This document shows, one piece after another, positions 11,781-24,383 of a stretch of 64,000 nt of DNA; position 1 is the stretch's first letter; the number at the start of each line of letters is the position of its first letter. The notes beneath the pieces are model-generated. The model made no database searches. It saw nothing but the letters and a program-made list of their open reading frames with translations, and was not told where the DNA came from. This stretch comes from Ramazzottius varieornatus (Eukaryota > Animalia > Tardigrada), in assembly GCA_001949185.1 (NCBI GenBank), contig BDGG01000012.1:1666973-1730972 (forward strand), given 5' to 3'. Position numbers and translations under genes: made by a program.

Positions 11781-14004
11781 GCTTAACCATGACAGATATG
11801 ATTACCTGTTGTCTCCGAGATAGGAACTTCGTAACTTACCGTGTTTACTCACTGTCATGGCGTTTATTCTGCGCAAACAAACCGTTGCCAGCTGGGCAAG
11901 AGCGAGGTTAGCAGAATTGATCCCGCTCGCAGATAGTCCAATCCACAACAACAACAAGAAGTTAGTAGAACTGGCTTTTTCATGATTGAAGTTAACGTGC
12001 TGCAAGAAAACATACGTGCTAATGAAGGACCAGAAATGAGTGACGGAAATTTATGAATTGGTGTACATTGCCCCTGGAATTGTACGAGCTCATTTCCGGT
12101 TGCATCGGGTTGCTTCCAAGCAGTCAGCTGACCGTAACACTTTGTCCGAAGCGCTTTTTATCTGGCATCACACATTGTTAAAGAAATCGTCTAGCAAGAA
12201 AAAAGGGAGTATGCTGCCATTTCAGCGGTGGAATGTCCGAAGGCAATCCACCACGAGATGTGCCGGCAAAAGACGGAATGACTGGGGACTCCGATGGCCG
12301 CTGGTCAGTTCATATCTGGTGCACGACAGGGTCGACCTCGCAATGCAAGATCAAAAGTAAGTTATCGATCGATCACCAGGAAAGCTACTGCACCGTGAAG
12401 AAAAGATCTCATTGCCGGTGGATTACTTATGGTCGATGGTCATCGAAGACCGACAAGGAAAGAGTTTCTCATCGGCTCTTTCGCAGTAGCCGTAGGTCAA
12501 ACTGTCTATGCCGGTCTACTTATGAGGTAAGTCGTCGAGGTCTCTCATTTTATTGTGTCATTGCGAGAGCTTAGAGTATATGGACCGAAGATTGCATTCG
12601 AATGAATATACATGTTTCGGTTGATGAGCGATCATAGGCGAACTGCCGTCACGTTATGCGAATGGACATTGGCCCCAGAAAGAGGTGTGTTTGGAGGAAG
12701 AAGTCTCGATATTATCACACCGGAAACGGCAGCGTGCTTCTGTTGTTCGAAGCAGAAATCTCCTTGCACATCGAGATTTAACGTGACTCCTAGATGAATA
12801 GGTTCAAATTTGGATTACGCTTCGTCGTTTCGCGATCGTGGTAACGTGGTTGGCTTTATCAGAACGCGATCGGGTCTACATAACGAGAGTGCCACATGGG
12901 AACCCAAGTCCTTCCGCCATGAACCTCACTGCTTTTATCATGCATAGAATTTTCTCACAAAGAATTTCTTTGTTGAAACACACAACTTCTCTGGCAAAGT
13001 TCTTAAGAAACATGTAGTAGAGTACGAGTTGCTAGATGCGAATCAGTTCAATGTATAGGTTCCCCAAAGAAAGACTAGCTCTAACGCCCGAAGTTCAACG
13101 ATTCGTCTTACGGCCTGCGTAGTCTGGGATTCGGATTCCAGGCACGTACGTCTTCACGTCATCCAGCCTTCATTACTGTGATCTTTGCTGAGGCTTGTTC
13201 GGTCAAGCGTTAGTAGACGCGCTAACTTAGTAGCGGCGTTACTCACAACGATCTCGAGTGCAAACGCAATATCCGTTTCCTGCCTGCCTTTAAAGGCTGA
13301 TCTCCGTTAATCTTTTTTCACGCTCCCAAAGCATTCATAGGGAAACGTCAATCCTAAGGAACAGTTGCGGTGGGTGGCGAACCTATATTTGTAATGACTC
13401 TTGTATGGAGGAACCCAGCTGAAGAGCCAGAGTAAGGCGAAATTTTAATACAACTGCAGTAGACCACGTTGTATAAAAACTGTCCCGGAATGACGATCCA
13501 CAGAGCGCCCACACAGGGATTTCCGGAGGAAACAATAATGAGAAACTGGCATGCAGCTATTCGATTATACGGAATCGTGAAAGACATCCAGCTGCTATAA
13601 CCAACGTTAAATTCATTCACAGCATGCGAGCTTGTAAATCTATTCAACAGTCGTTTGTTCTCACGTCAGTACATGTACTTCCACGTCAGACGTCCAGAAA
13701 ACCACTTCCTGGTCTCTTCTCGAGGCCGCGTCCCGTATCGTATCCTTCCTTCCCTAAGACTGTTTAGAACGGAGTTCCGCATGGCGTGCTTCCGACAAAC
13801 ATTTCTGCCGTGATTCACCTCGACGAAAATCCGCCTAATAAGGAGTGGCGCGTTTACGGAATGTCAGTAGATTTCATCCCATGATCGTCCATTTAACTAA
13901 CATTGGGGACTTTTATGGCTATGTAAAGAACCTTATCCAGTCAAACTTGAGATAACTTTGTCTCACCTTCGAAGTGATTTCTCTTCGCTTTACGGTTCAC
14001 TGAC

Positions 14005-17000
14005 ATGGATACACAGAACGTTACTGGAAATTCCACCGGAAGTCATTCTGGCGGGCTAATGAGGCTTGACCATTGTGGATGGGAGCGCCAGAGGTTCATT
14101 CCCCACGCCGTTCGTCATCTTGATCACACTACTTATCCCATCCTCCTTTTCATTGCCACCGTAGGAAATGTCCTTACCATCATGATCCTGAGGAAAGAAA
14201 GACCATATGGTTCCAAAGGGATTTACCTTAGTGCTGTGGCAGTCATCGACCTTCTGTACATGTAAGTACTTCCAAGCCCGGTGTTGGTCCCCGGATCCTC
14301 CCAACTTCCGAGCGATCTTCTTTGAGAATGATACCACGAGAAGGAACGTTACTGGTAACCGTTAAGCTTCCTAGTTTACTGATGTAGCAAATTTTCGTCA
14401 ATGAAACCATTGTGGGTTGACCATAGTGTAAAATGTGCATAGCGCAACAATATTGAAAACGTCGAACAACGGTCTGAACACTGATTGGAGTAGGGGCAGA
14501 AAAATCCCGACACGCCCTTCGGATTGGATGACGTCAAGCTTTACTAAAAAATAAATCGTAAAACACGTAACCAAAAGTAGGAAACAAACACAATTCATGA
14601 GACGGGATCACAGGTGAATTCTATCCTTAGGTTTCCTAACAACTTTTGTTTCTTTGGGTTTCGAGAGCTTTTCAACCTGAGTCCGACGCTTCGAGCAGAA
14701 ATACAACCGACATTTGAAGAAAAACTTGGCAAGACCAGAGATCACGTTTGAAATACCGCAAGAACAGTCTACAGAGCCGAAATTCTCTTCTTTCCAAATT
14801 TTGAGGATATTTTCCGAAGCAATCGCGGTGAAAGTCATGAGAGGGTGTCCTTCAATAGCGTCATCGAACTTCGACCGAAAGATGTTCTCGAGATCCCGAA
14901 TGAATGAAAGGAAGGACGGCGTTCCATAAAGCAGCCCACCAAGGTCTAGACGCTCAACCCACTTTGTGATTGTGTGGAGCTCTACTGCGCAGACGTCTTA
15001 CTACAAGCAAACGACTGCTTCGTTACAGCGTCATGTACATACACGTCTGGATAAAAATTACCGCAGATAAGGGCTTTGAAAGGCAAGTAGCGCAAAGCGA
15101 TTCTCGGATGTTTCTCCTACGAATCAAGTTAACACGGAGATAGTAAAGCGCGGAGTCATCGAAGAGGTCCAGTTCCGGTGTAGGATTTGTTATAGCTAAA
15201 CTCTCGCGTATAACTTCGTTAATGGTTTGGTCAATACTCGGCTCTTCTCCAGTTTGCACTTCAGACTCAGGTTGCCCTTCGGTTTTAAATGATTGATGAA
15301 GCTGTAAAAACAAATGAGACATCACGTACTTTCTTCGCCGCGGACTCCATCAGACCTGGAAAATAATCTTATTGGTCAAAAGATATTTGTTTCCACCAAT
15401 CAAAACACTGCCGAAATCATAAAGCTCCTTCCTGCTCAGCGAAATGTTTTGTGATGCGTGAGAGCTCAGGCTTTATAGCCTTAGTGCGACAAGCACATGC
15501 TTACACTGCACACGCACAAACAAAAGCAGAAAGTACGTACGTGCTTATCGCTCTCGTGCCGAAATCGCCTAGCTGTCATGCACCACGATACATGCGCCAT
15601 TCGTTGACGCGTACACGCATACAAACAGGTTAGCGGGACATGACTCGGCTTAGATGTCCACTAACCTGCAACGCAAACACCCACAGAGCGGAGCAGAACA
15701 AAGGGAAGACTCTAGGGAAGAGTCAGCAGCAGAATAAACGGCGACAGAAAAGGCCAGACAGACGACAAGAGCTATGAAGGTGATGATGGGACAAGTCGAG
15801 GCTTCTTCGAGAAGCCTGAAAGAAACAGACGGTTAGCCAGCAGATGGTCCACTCTCCACCGTCAAAGGCTCGAACCAAGCACTTACTCGGTAAACAGAGG
15901 CAGAGGGATAAAGGGGGATACAGGGGACGAAGATAGCAAGAGATGCCGGAAAGCAGGAAGATCTCGTAACCTGCCGGTAATCTGATGCAATATGCCACCA
16001 GCACTAATAAATAATCTAGAACATAACCAAACCTATCGGTAACATAGCCTTGTTGCTGTGTTCGATGAAAGCTGGAGTTGATTTAGCTGTTGATTGATGG
16101 AAAATTTTCCACTATGGTCAACCCACACTGATGAAACTATTCATGATAATCGAACGCGGATGGTTTTTATTTGGGCATGTTGAGGTCGTCTGATCGCATC
16201 GATGGGTGACGTCGATACAGCTAGACTCGAGGTGGTACACAGTCTGGGTGTGATAACAAGGAGGAAGTGACAGCTCGGTGCATCAGCCTTCCACCTGTTC
16301 CTATGAGCTGCCCCGGTCCCGTTAGCGAGCTCAGAAACCCCTTTTTATTGAGGAATAAAAAGCCAAAGAGCATGAAGGGTGGGATGGCGGTTGAGAAATT
16401 CGTGAGATGCAAAGAGCGCGAATGAAATTGTGTATGAAGAATGTTCCGTCGTGAGAACTTCGTGAACATATCCATGCGGCACAGTCTCTGCCGGAAAGCA
16501 GGATGAGTCAACAGCTGGCCATGGCGAGTTACTGGATAGAGTTAGCGAACAAGGAAGTACATTGAGCCGACCAGCAAGAGTACGTGTATGCGGCGCACGT
16601 GTAAATTGCACCGCATACACGTATCAGGACAGTCCAGGAAAAACGCCATGTCCGGTTAGGTAGTCGTAGGAAGGGAGAACGCTTATCATTCAAAAACATT
16701 AACCACCATTATCGCTAAAGACAATAATTTTCAATTACTGTTACGAGGTAAAACTAGCGGACTTGTGCATGTGAAATCGCATGGCGAAGTTGTTCACAAG
16801 GGAAACAGAGAGAGTAGGAGCTGGACAAGTCCGCTAGTTTTACCTCGTATCGTTATCTTTAACTTTTATTTTTGCCATAAAATACTACAAGAAATCTTCT
16901 GTGAACGACCATTAGTTTTCTGAGCTTTATCGATCTGTCTTCTGTCTTTTGTCAAAGATCGTTTTCCTCTCCACAGGTGGGGAGCTTTGCTTACCTATAT

Positions 17001-18203
17001 CTCCATCTATGAAAACGAGCTCCAGGGTGTCTCCGGCAATAGGATCCGCTACTTTGTCGACCTTTGCAGCGGAACTACCATGTTCCTCCAGGAATTTGCC
17101 GTCATCGCATCGGCATGGTAAATCCGCCTAATCACCACACGGAACATCCTGTAAACAGGAGCAATGAGAAGCTGTCGGGAATTTCCCTGCAAGACAAACG
17201 AGCTGGAATGAACTGAATCAAATTAGGAACCCTGCCAATCAAATTACCGCCTATTCTTACTGTATGTACAACTTTGCTTACAGGCTCATTACGAGCTTCA
17301 CGGTGGAGCGATTTGTTGCCATCCGATTCCCTCTCCGACATCTTGCAGTAGGGAAACAACGGTGTTCAAAAATCGTGATGTTCATCATAGTATTGTCCGC
17401 TGCTTTCGTGGTAGTGCGATTGATCGACTATTACTGGGCGTGGCTCAACTACATCGGTCTGGATCCTCGCCCGGAAAAGGTTCCTACGCGTCCTCCGCTA
17501 CTTGCTCGGTGGCACAAGATCTACCTCTGGGGCCTGGTACGTGTGACACTGTGCGAAAACCATTTAGCATTGAAGCATTGAGTTCTGCAGTGTGTAACTG
17601 TTACCGTAGGCAGTCATACAAATAGCCAATTTCCTGCTAATCTGCACATTCAACGCCCTACTGTTGTACGTCATCGCCAAGCAAAACAACACTCGAAGTA
17701 CCACACTTCTGGCTACCCGACACGATGGGAAGCTCGAAGCCAAGCTGGATCGGGGAGCTGTGGCACTACTCCTTTCTTGTGTTATGCTGTACTTGATCAC
17801 ACAATCGCCAGGTTTCATCTACAACGTATGGGATTTACTCAGTCGATCGTGCATAAGAAAGATGTCATCTGATACGAAAATGTTTCTCGCGCCAATTCTA
17901 AATGTCTTACTGAACGTGAATTTTTCCGTAAATTTTATGTTGTACTGTGGAGCCAGCCCAACGTTCCGGAGTGCAGCCCAGAAGCTCCTGACGGGGAGCT
18001 GGACTTCCAACCTGCGGAAGATGTCCCTCCTTTCTACAATGTCCGAAAGCCTGACCACCAGACCATCCAGATCCATCACTCGACGACTGCGGTCTCTGAG
18101 CACCGACTCTACCCAGTTCGATGCAGTCCGTGCCGGCAGAAGACGCATGACTGAAAACCATGAAAGTTTACTAGCGAATTCCAAAGCAAACGCTAAACAC
18201 TGA
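14005..18203 (+). CDS. Rhodopsin-family peptide GPCR (FMRFamide/sex-peptide receptor-like)
   Basis: Exons are 14005-14261, 16977-~17117, ~17285-17537 and ~17610-18203. Motifs: N-terminal NVT/NST sequons, TM1 GN (TVGNVLT), TM2 LSAVAVIDL, TM3 FTVERFVAIRFPL, TM6 YLITQSPG, TM7 NFSVNFMLYC, and a Ser/Thr-rich tail. Confidence 0.92.
14608..15420 (-). mobile_element. Decayed P-element/THAP9/Galileo-type transposase C-terminal fragment inside GPCR intron 1
   Basis: Minus-strand translation gives GNKYLLTNKI, then SALYYL...CATCLSK, then WVERLDLGGLLYGTPSFLSFIRDLENIF...C-x-C...KFFFKCRLYF. This matches the order of P-type transposase C-terminal motifs (YLLT, Y-x-x-GY...CxxC, GGL..PS, RL-x-F). In-frame stops are present. 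Confidence 0.65.
16742..16849. mobile_element. MITE, Tc1/mariner-type (TA-flanked)
   Basis: A 25-bp perfect inverted repeat including the flanking TA: tacgaggtaaaactagcggacttgt / acaagtccgctagttttacctcgta. Confidence 0.8.
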
Positions 18204-18734
18204 TCTCACTCTTGCAGATGCTTGAAAGCTTCTTGCGGAAACGAGTTTGAGCGCAACAGAAAAGATATCATCCGAGGCTTAAACCGTAGTTTCATCCCAA
18301 TTGAAAACTTAATGGCCAAGGTCCAAGAAAAAGAGCCCGACGTTATTGTTGCGGTTTACCTGACCACTTACACATATGCGTTTTACGTACTAATCATAGC
18401 CACGTTCTTAGAAGTTCGGTACAGTCCACTCGCTCGTGATCTGTTACCTAATTTGACGGTTTCAAGACCGAAAGATCAGGAAAATTAACGAGCCTCCTCG
18501 CCCATGCCGCAGCTCAGCTAGACGCATGCGACTTGATTACTTGATTACATCGGTCGAAGCATGGTGTTATGTATATGTTACGTAATTTTGAATGTTGGCT
18601 TGGCCTGCGTTATGGTGAATGTATGGCGGGCCGAGAACTGAAGCCGTGAAATTAGGTAACAGATCTCGAACGAGTGGACTGTATGTTGTACCGTCGTTGA
18701 TTTTCATTTCTTCCTCGGTCTCGAGAATGTGCGC

Positions 18735-19040
18735 TCATCTGGCAGGGATCGCGCTTTGGTAATGCTGAGCGAGAAGAGTCCTGGCTTCCGCAAGTACCCT
18801 ATCCGATTCGATCAGCAACTTCTCGATCTCCTCCATACTTGTCGTCGTCACCTGTATGACAGACTTGCTTTTGGCAGATGGCTGTGACGCACGCTTCTTT
18901 AGCCCTGAAATTAACACAAAACGAAACCGAGTCAGACTCAGACCATACGCCGAGAATAGGAACCTCAACAAGACAATAACAATTATCATTACGATGACAC
19001 AGAGCCAGCACCGGAAGTCAATCAATGATCTCGGTTTCAT
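18735..19040 (-). CDS. Possible orphan single-pass membrane microprotein
   Basis: ATG at 19040, a hydrophobic stretch CWLCVIVMIIVIVLLRFLF, and a helical C-terminus MEEIEKLLIESDRVLAEARTLL. No family recognised. Confidence 0.25.
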   Translation of the reverse strand: MKPRSLIDFRCWLCVIVMIIVIVLLRFLFSAYGLSLTRFRFVLISGLKKRASQPSAKSKSVIQVTTTSMEEIEKLLIESDRVLAEARTLLAQHYQSAIPAR

Positions 19041-19583
19041 CGCCAAAGGGAATTTCGACTCTTGCCTTCACGAAGTTTTCTCTCCTCCAGATCTCTTTGC
19101 GCAGCTCGAAGGTTCTTTGATGAACGCGTGCCCACTCGTCGCGCTTTCTCCTCGGCAGTTTCGCGTAATGAGTGGCCGTAATCGATCGCAGAAACCCACT
19201 CTCGTTCCACAGAGCGAGCGGAAAAATGATTCTGCATGGCTGGCCGTTGGCGGATCATGGAAGGAGGAAAATCAAAACAGGATGGATTCTTGTCAAGGAA
19301 TCTACTGTGTCAGCGTGTTGTACGAGGAGCTAGACCTAACTTTGTCCACTGGCTAAAATATTGTACACTACGTTGTGAACTAGTCACAGGCACTTTGGAC
19401 TTGTAGCGCACAAGTGACGCAGTGTACCAAGTTTTAGCCAGGAGAGGAGACAGATTCAAGGCTGCACATGCTTCCATTAGTGGTCGGTGACGTAAGGGGC
19501 GGATCTAATGAATATTAAATTTTAGAGTAAGACCGGAGTGACGCAGTGTTATTGTGGTTTTTTAGGACAAACCGCATTCATTC

Positions 19584-19783
19584 TACTGTACTACCTCGCG
19601 TAGTCACGTGACAGGCCAGTAAATATTGCGTGGCGGGGATAAAAACTTCACTGCCATCAATCAAGAATTCATCGGTAATCAAGCGTAGCAATATGCCAAA
19701 ATCAAACAGCAGCGATACGAGGCTCCGGGTCTAATTCACTGGTCTGTCACGTGACTGCGCGAAATCTTAGAGGTGATACAGTA
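19584..19783. mobile_element. MITE with imperfect TIRs, TA-flanked
   Basis: tactgtactacctc..cgcgtagtcacgtgacaggccagt pairs with actggtctgtcacgtgactgcgcg..gaggtgatacagta. Confidence 0.7.
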
Positions 19784-19982
19784 TTTCGGCTTAGCCACTG
19801 TCCATTAAAAAAAACTTTGTTCTGAGATTAACCCATCCATAAAGGATGGTTCACCATGGACTTGTTCGACTACCATGAGAAAATCTCCAGGCCGGCGTTG
19901 GTAGATAGCGCTTGTGTGGCCGTGATTATCGGTGAAGCTGGGATATCAAGCGGAACCAGGCCGAGTTCTAGCGAGCCTCGCA

Positions 19983-22693
19983 ATGTTGCTCAAAGTCAAA
20001 GCCATCGCCGTGGACGACAGGAAGCTGCACCTGTCCTGTGGCGTTTTCGCCGAGTTGGCGGAAGCCACTTCAACTTTGGCAGCAACAGAGCATGTGATCG
20101 ATGGGAAGCAGGTAAAGCATGTGGATTTGCCTGAAGAAGTGTTCGGCCAGTTCCGGGCTGTTTATCCCTTTTTTCGCAGGTTGACGTAAAAGCCTGCTTT
20201 GAGAACAGTCGAAGGGGACCTGATGGAATGTACCGCAGAGAAGCAACCGGCGATGCCCGAAACGTAGGCGCTATCCGGTTTTTGCAGGCAGACTCTTCGA
20301 GGACAAAGCAGGAAAACGTTGGCTTTCTCTGTTTTTAGATGAGCGGAAATGGAGGCCCGGGTCGAAATGGGCCACAAGGAAAGACGGATCCCCAAAAGAT
20401 TTTCGTGGGCGGACTGACTTTGGATACTACAAAGGAACAGCTGGAGGAAGCCCTCTCGCCATACGGAGAAGTATGTTCGGGGATAGCAACGAACAACGTT
20501 GTGCTTTTATAGTTCGAATACCTTATTAACAGGTTCAGCACGTCATTGTCATGATGGACACGGGTACAGGTCGCTCCAAAGGTAGTGCGCGCCATATTCC
20601 GACCCGCCAACTGGGCGTGCTTTTTCCCGATACTCCGTTCATCCTGCACTAAATCTTTGACTGTTCGACAGGCTTTGGTTTCGTGACATTTGGCGACAAA
20701 GGAATATGCGAGAATCTCGTCAAGCAGCACTTCATCGAAATAGCTGGCAAGCAGGTGAAAACCAGAAATGCTGTGAAAACATTTACCGGTTCTGTGTGTA
20801 TCATTTTTTGTAGGTGGAAATAAAGCCAGCCATCATTTCCGGGTCGAGATCCTACGAGCCCAGCGGTAATCAGCATACCGGCCAGTACAATGCTGGACCT
20901 CGTGATGGTCCGCGCAGTTACGAGGGACCGCGTCGAGGATCTTACAACCCGCGGGGTCGTGGAGGATATTATCAAGCAGGCGGGGACGCCAGCCATAACA
21001 GTCGCGGCTACGGACCGAGAGGCGACGCTGGTGCCTCTTCCTGCGCAGGAAACGGCAGAAGTCGCGGTGGCCAGAATCTGCAGTGTGAGTTCGTGTCATA
21101 AACATTCATACCCTCTTTAGTCACCACTTACCAGTTGTTCATGAGTTCTCCTTTCACTGACTTTCAGACCAAACACAAGGTTCGCCGCAATGGACTCCGT
21201 ACGGTCAGTATCCGCCCAGCGTTCCCGCTGAATATTCGCCCGAGGTTTACGCTAACTTCGGTACGTATTCTAAGTGGGTTGTGAGCTTCACCATAAAGGT
21301 CTCTCATCGTTCTCCAAGCAATGAGTCATTTTGCAGAATTATTTGCAGCGTACCCGCCAGGCTATGGCTACGATCTTCAGGGAACTCCTTATGCCGGTTA
21401 CGCCTATGCGCAGTTCACGCCTCAAGGTTCGAACCGTGCAAACTCTTGCCTGTCATTTTTGCTATGAACTCTACTATCTTNNNNNNNNNNNNNNNNNNNN
21501 NNNNNNNNNNNNNNNNNNNNNNNNNNNNNNNNNNNNNNNNNNNNNNNNNNNNNNNNNNNNNNNNNNNNNNNNNNNNNNNNNNNNNNNNNNNNNNNNNNNN
21601 NNNNNNNNNNNNNNNNNNNNNNNNNNNNNNNNNNNNNNNNNNNNNNNNNNNNNNNNNNNNNNNNNNNNNNNNNNNNNNNNNNNNNNNNNNNNNNNNNNNN
21701 NNNNNNNNNNNNNNNNNNNNNNNNNNNNNNNNNNNNNNNNNNNNNNNNNNNNNNNNNNNNNNNNNNNNNNNNNNNNNNNNNNNNNNNNNNNNNNNNNNNN
21801 NNNNNNNNNNNNNNNNNNNNNNNNNNNNNNNNNNNNNNNNNNNNNNNNNNNNNNNNNNNNNNNNNNNNNNNNNNNNNNNNNNNNNNNNNNNNNNNNNNNN
21901 NNNNNNNNNNNNNNNNNNNNNNNNNNNNNNNNNNNNNNNNNNNNNNNNNNNNNNNNNNNNNNNNNNNNNNNNNNNNNNNNNNNNNNNNNNNNNNNNNNNN
22001 NNNNNNNNNNNNNNNNNNNNNNNNNNNNNNNNNNNNNNNNNNNNNNNNNNNNNNNNNNNNNNNNNNNNNNNNNNNNNNNNNNNNNNNNNNNNNNNNNNNN
22101 NNNNNNNNNNNNNNNNNNNNNNNNNNNNNNNNNNNNNNNNNNNNNNNNNNNNNNNNNNNNNNNNNNNNNNNNNNNNNNNNNNNNNNNNNNNNNNNNNNNN
22201 NNNNNNNNNNNNNNNNNNNNNNNNNNNNNNNNNNNNNNNNNNNNNNNNNNNNNNNNNNNNNNNNNNNNNNNNNNNNNNNNNNNNNNNNNNNNNNNNNNNN
22301 NNNTCTTCTCCGCCACAAATGGTAAGCTCATCTTTCCACACCTACAAGAATTTTCGGCGATTTTCTGGCCGTCTAAGACTCTCGGGGCCTTGGTTTGCCG
22401 TATCGGGATCACGAAGAAAAATTCTGCAGTGAATTCGTACAACTAACATCGCTGTTCCCGCTTTTCAGAATATGCATGCTGCAGATGTCAACCCCAGAAT
22501 ACTGAACCTCCATTCTACCACGCAGTTTCCGTCCATCCAGTCGCACTTTTCGCCGGTGGTGGGACCGCCTCAGCGACCGCAGGGCTTTGCCGGTAAGCAG
22601 ATGCCGGACTCACCTAACAGTAGTCACCCTCCTCCTGGTCGGAATATGGGTTTGGGAGATGGGGTTATGAAGGACAATCCCTACCGCCGCTGA
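19983..22693 (+). CDS. DAZAP1/Hrp48-like hnRNP RNA-binding protein (partial RRM1, complete RRM2, RGG/Tyr-rich tail); spans an assembly gap
   Basis: The spliced reading gives EHVIDGKQ|VDVKAC, then KIFVGGLTLDTT...GE|VQHVIVMMDTGTGRSK|GFGFVTF...IEIAGKQ|VEIKPA. An RG/RGG region follows. The last exon ends NPYRR* (22693), like DAZAP1. The 5' end is uncertain. Confidence 0.8.
21481..22303. other. Assembly gap (N run)
   Basis: Run of n. Confidence 1.
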
Positions 22694-23279
22694 ACGTCGC
22701 GCAAGAGCCTGCCTCCGAACATGACCAAAGACTAGCTGGACTTGATCAAAGAAGGTCCCTCTTTTCTGTTACTTCTAGTGCGCTTGTTTTCCTTGTTACT
22801 TGTTCCTAGTACTACGGTCTACCTCGGGAATGCCCATTCTGTAGATCTGTTCTTCACATTCCTCTTTTCAGGATTCTAACTTATAGAACTGTGGTGCAGT
22901 ATTTTTCTCAAATCATACTTCACAACTGTACCCAAGCCTTCAAATATCCCAAAATATCCCAAGCCTTCAAAAGATTGATTGTCTGATGCTCGTAAATAAG
23001 ACGGTGGAAATTAAGCGCTATCACGGACCATCAGCGTTAAACTCAGCCTCACTGCTAACGGTTACGAAGAATGGAAGCGAACAAAGCGAAAGACATCAGC
23101 ATAATTTGGAATCAGATCCAAAGGAAAGTTGCTCGCAAAGTATTCAGAAAGAAATACAAAGTTCAAAATGTAAAAGCTATAAAATGGAAATGCTGGAAAG
23201 GAAAGAGTTTGAGTACGCAGAAAGAACATTGATGTGGCGGAAGTAAACTTCCGAGGAGTTGATTGCGGAATGAGATTGG

Positions 23280-24383
23280 TTAGCCGAGTCTCGAACGAGA
23301 GCCATGTAACGCGTCCTTTGTATCGACTTTCAGCATGGAAGCGTTCATAGCGCTTGGTCGCCGGCTAACGAGGGTACTGAAGCTCTGCGCTATCTTCAGA
23401 TCAATATTCAGCCGGTGAAGCGTAATGGACGTGCTGAAGATCGCTAGCAGAACTCCAATTAGCCCACAGCCCGCTAACAAGGAATTGAAAATGGACACTT
23501 CCGTGGCGCTGATCTTGTATGACCGCGCTGGAAGGAGCAGAAACTAATTAGTTGAGCGACCTTTCCCAATTGCCGAAAACAACAAAGCAACAGTACGGAA
23601 TTGAGGATAGTTTACCGTCTGGTGCGTTTGTTTTGTCGATGAGTTCGCTGGCGTGGTTATACGTGTAAACCGCGCAAACGATCTCGCTGATGGACGAAGC
23701 TCCCAACAAGGCTCCGACAACGAAGAAGATTTTGGCCAGCATCATTCGCACAGCAAGACCGAGTTTCCTCCACAGTGTCAAGTACCCGACGACTGCGTAG
23801 GTGATGAGGAAGCAGCCGCTCCAAAAGCCGATGCTCCATCTCCAATGTAGAGAGTTATGAACATAAGCTGCAAGTCAGACAGATAATTATGCATCATGTG
23901 ACGGAGCAATTTTCTTTTTGTGATTGACTTACTGAATGTTTGGATAGCGAACCCGGCGCATCCTGTTGCCAGTGCGATGCTGCATAAGATTAGGATAATT
24001 TGGCGGAGTGTGGGCAGATCGAAGCTGGAACGCTGCGTTACAAATCGATCGACGGACTGGAGATCCGGCGTTAAGGCCGAAGGAACTTCCAAAAGCTGTG
24101 CCGAGTGCCGATTCTGCTTCTGAAGGTTACTGTCAACTCGTCCACGGGATGGCTGGGAACTATCAAGACGCCCTCGGGAGGGTTTGTTGCTTGAATAATA
24201 CACTCGCCGTTCGATGTTATCGTTAAAGGATAAACGTCGTGGTGTCTTGGTATCCCCGTTTCTTGTCTCACTCTTCGTGATTATAACGATCGGCGCCGCG
24301 AGAGGGGTCGGGCTGACGCTGCTGGTTAGGGGAAACGTCTCGGCTTCAGCTGCGTCTTCGGTATAGGAAGGCATCTTGTCCAT
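23280..24383 (-). CDS. Four-TM protein, MS4A/CD20-like, with a long low-complexity N-terminus
   Basis: Three exons (24383-~23933, ~23847-23617, ~23528-23280). TMs are IILILCSIALATGCAGFAI, IGFWSGCFLITYAVVGYL, IFFVVGALLGASSISEIV and LLAGCGLIGVLLAIFS. GFWSG resembles the MS4A FWGG motif. Confidence 0.6.

Noticed and set aside
12040-13700. Several 60-110 aa ORFs between the GH65 and GPCR genes
   Set aside because: No recognisable motifs or consistent exon chain. It is likely regulatory or intergenic DNA.
21281-22446. Long ORFs (298-383 aa) in the ORF track
   Set aside because: They are artefacts of the N gap (poly-X).
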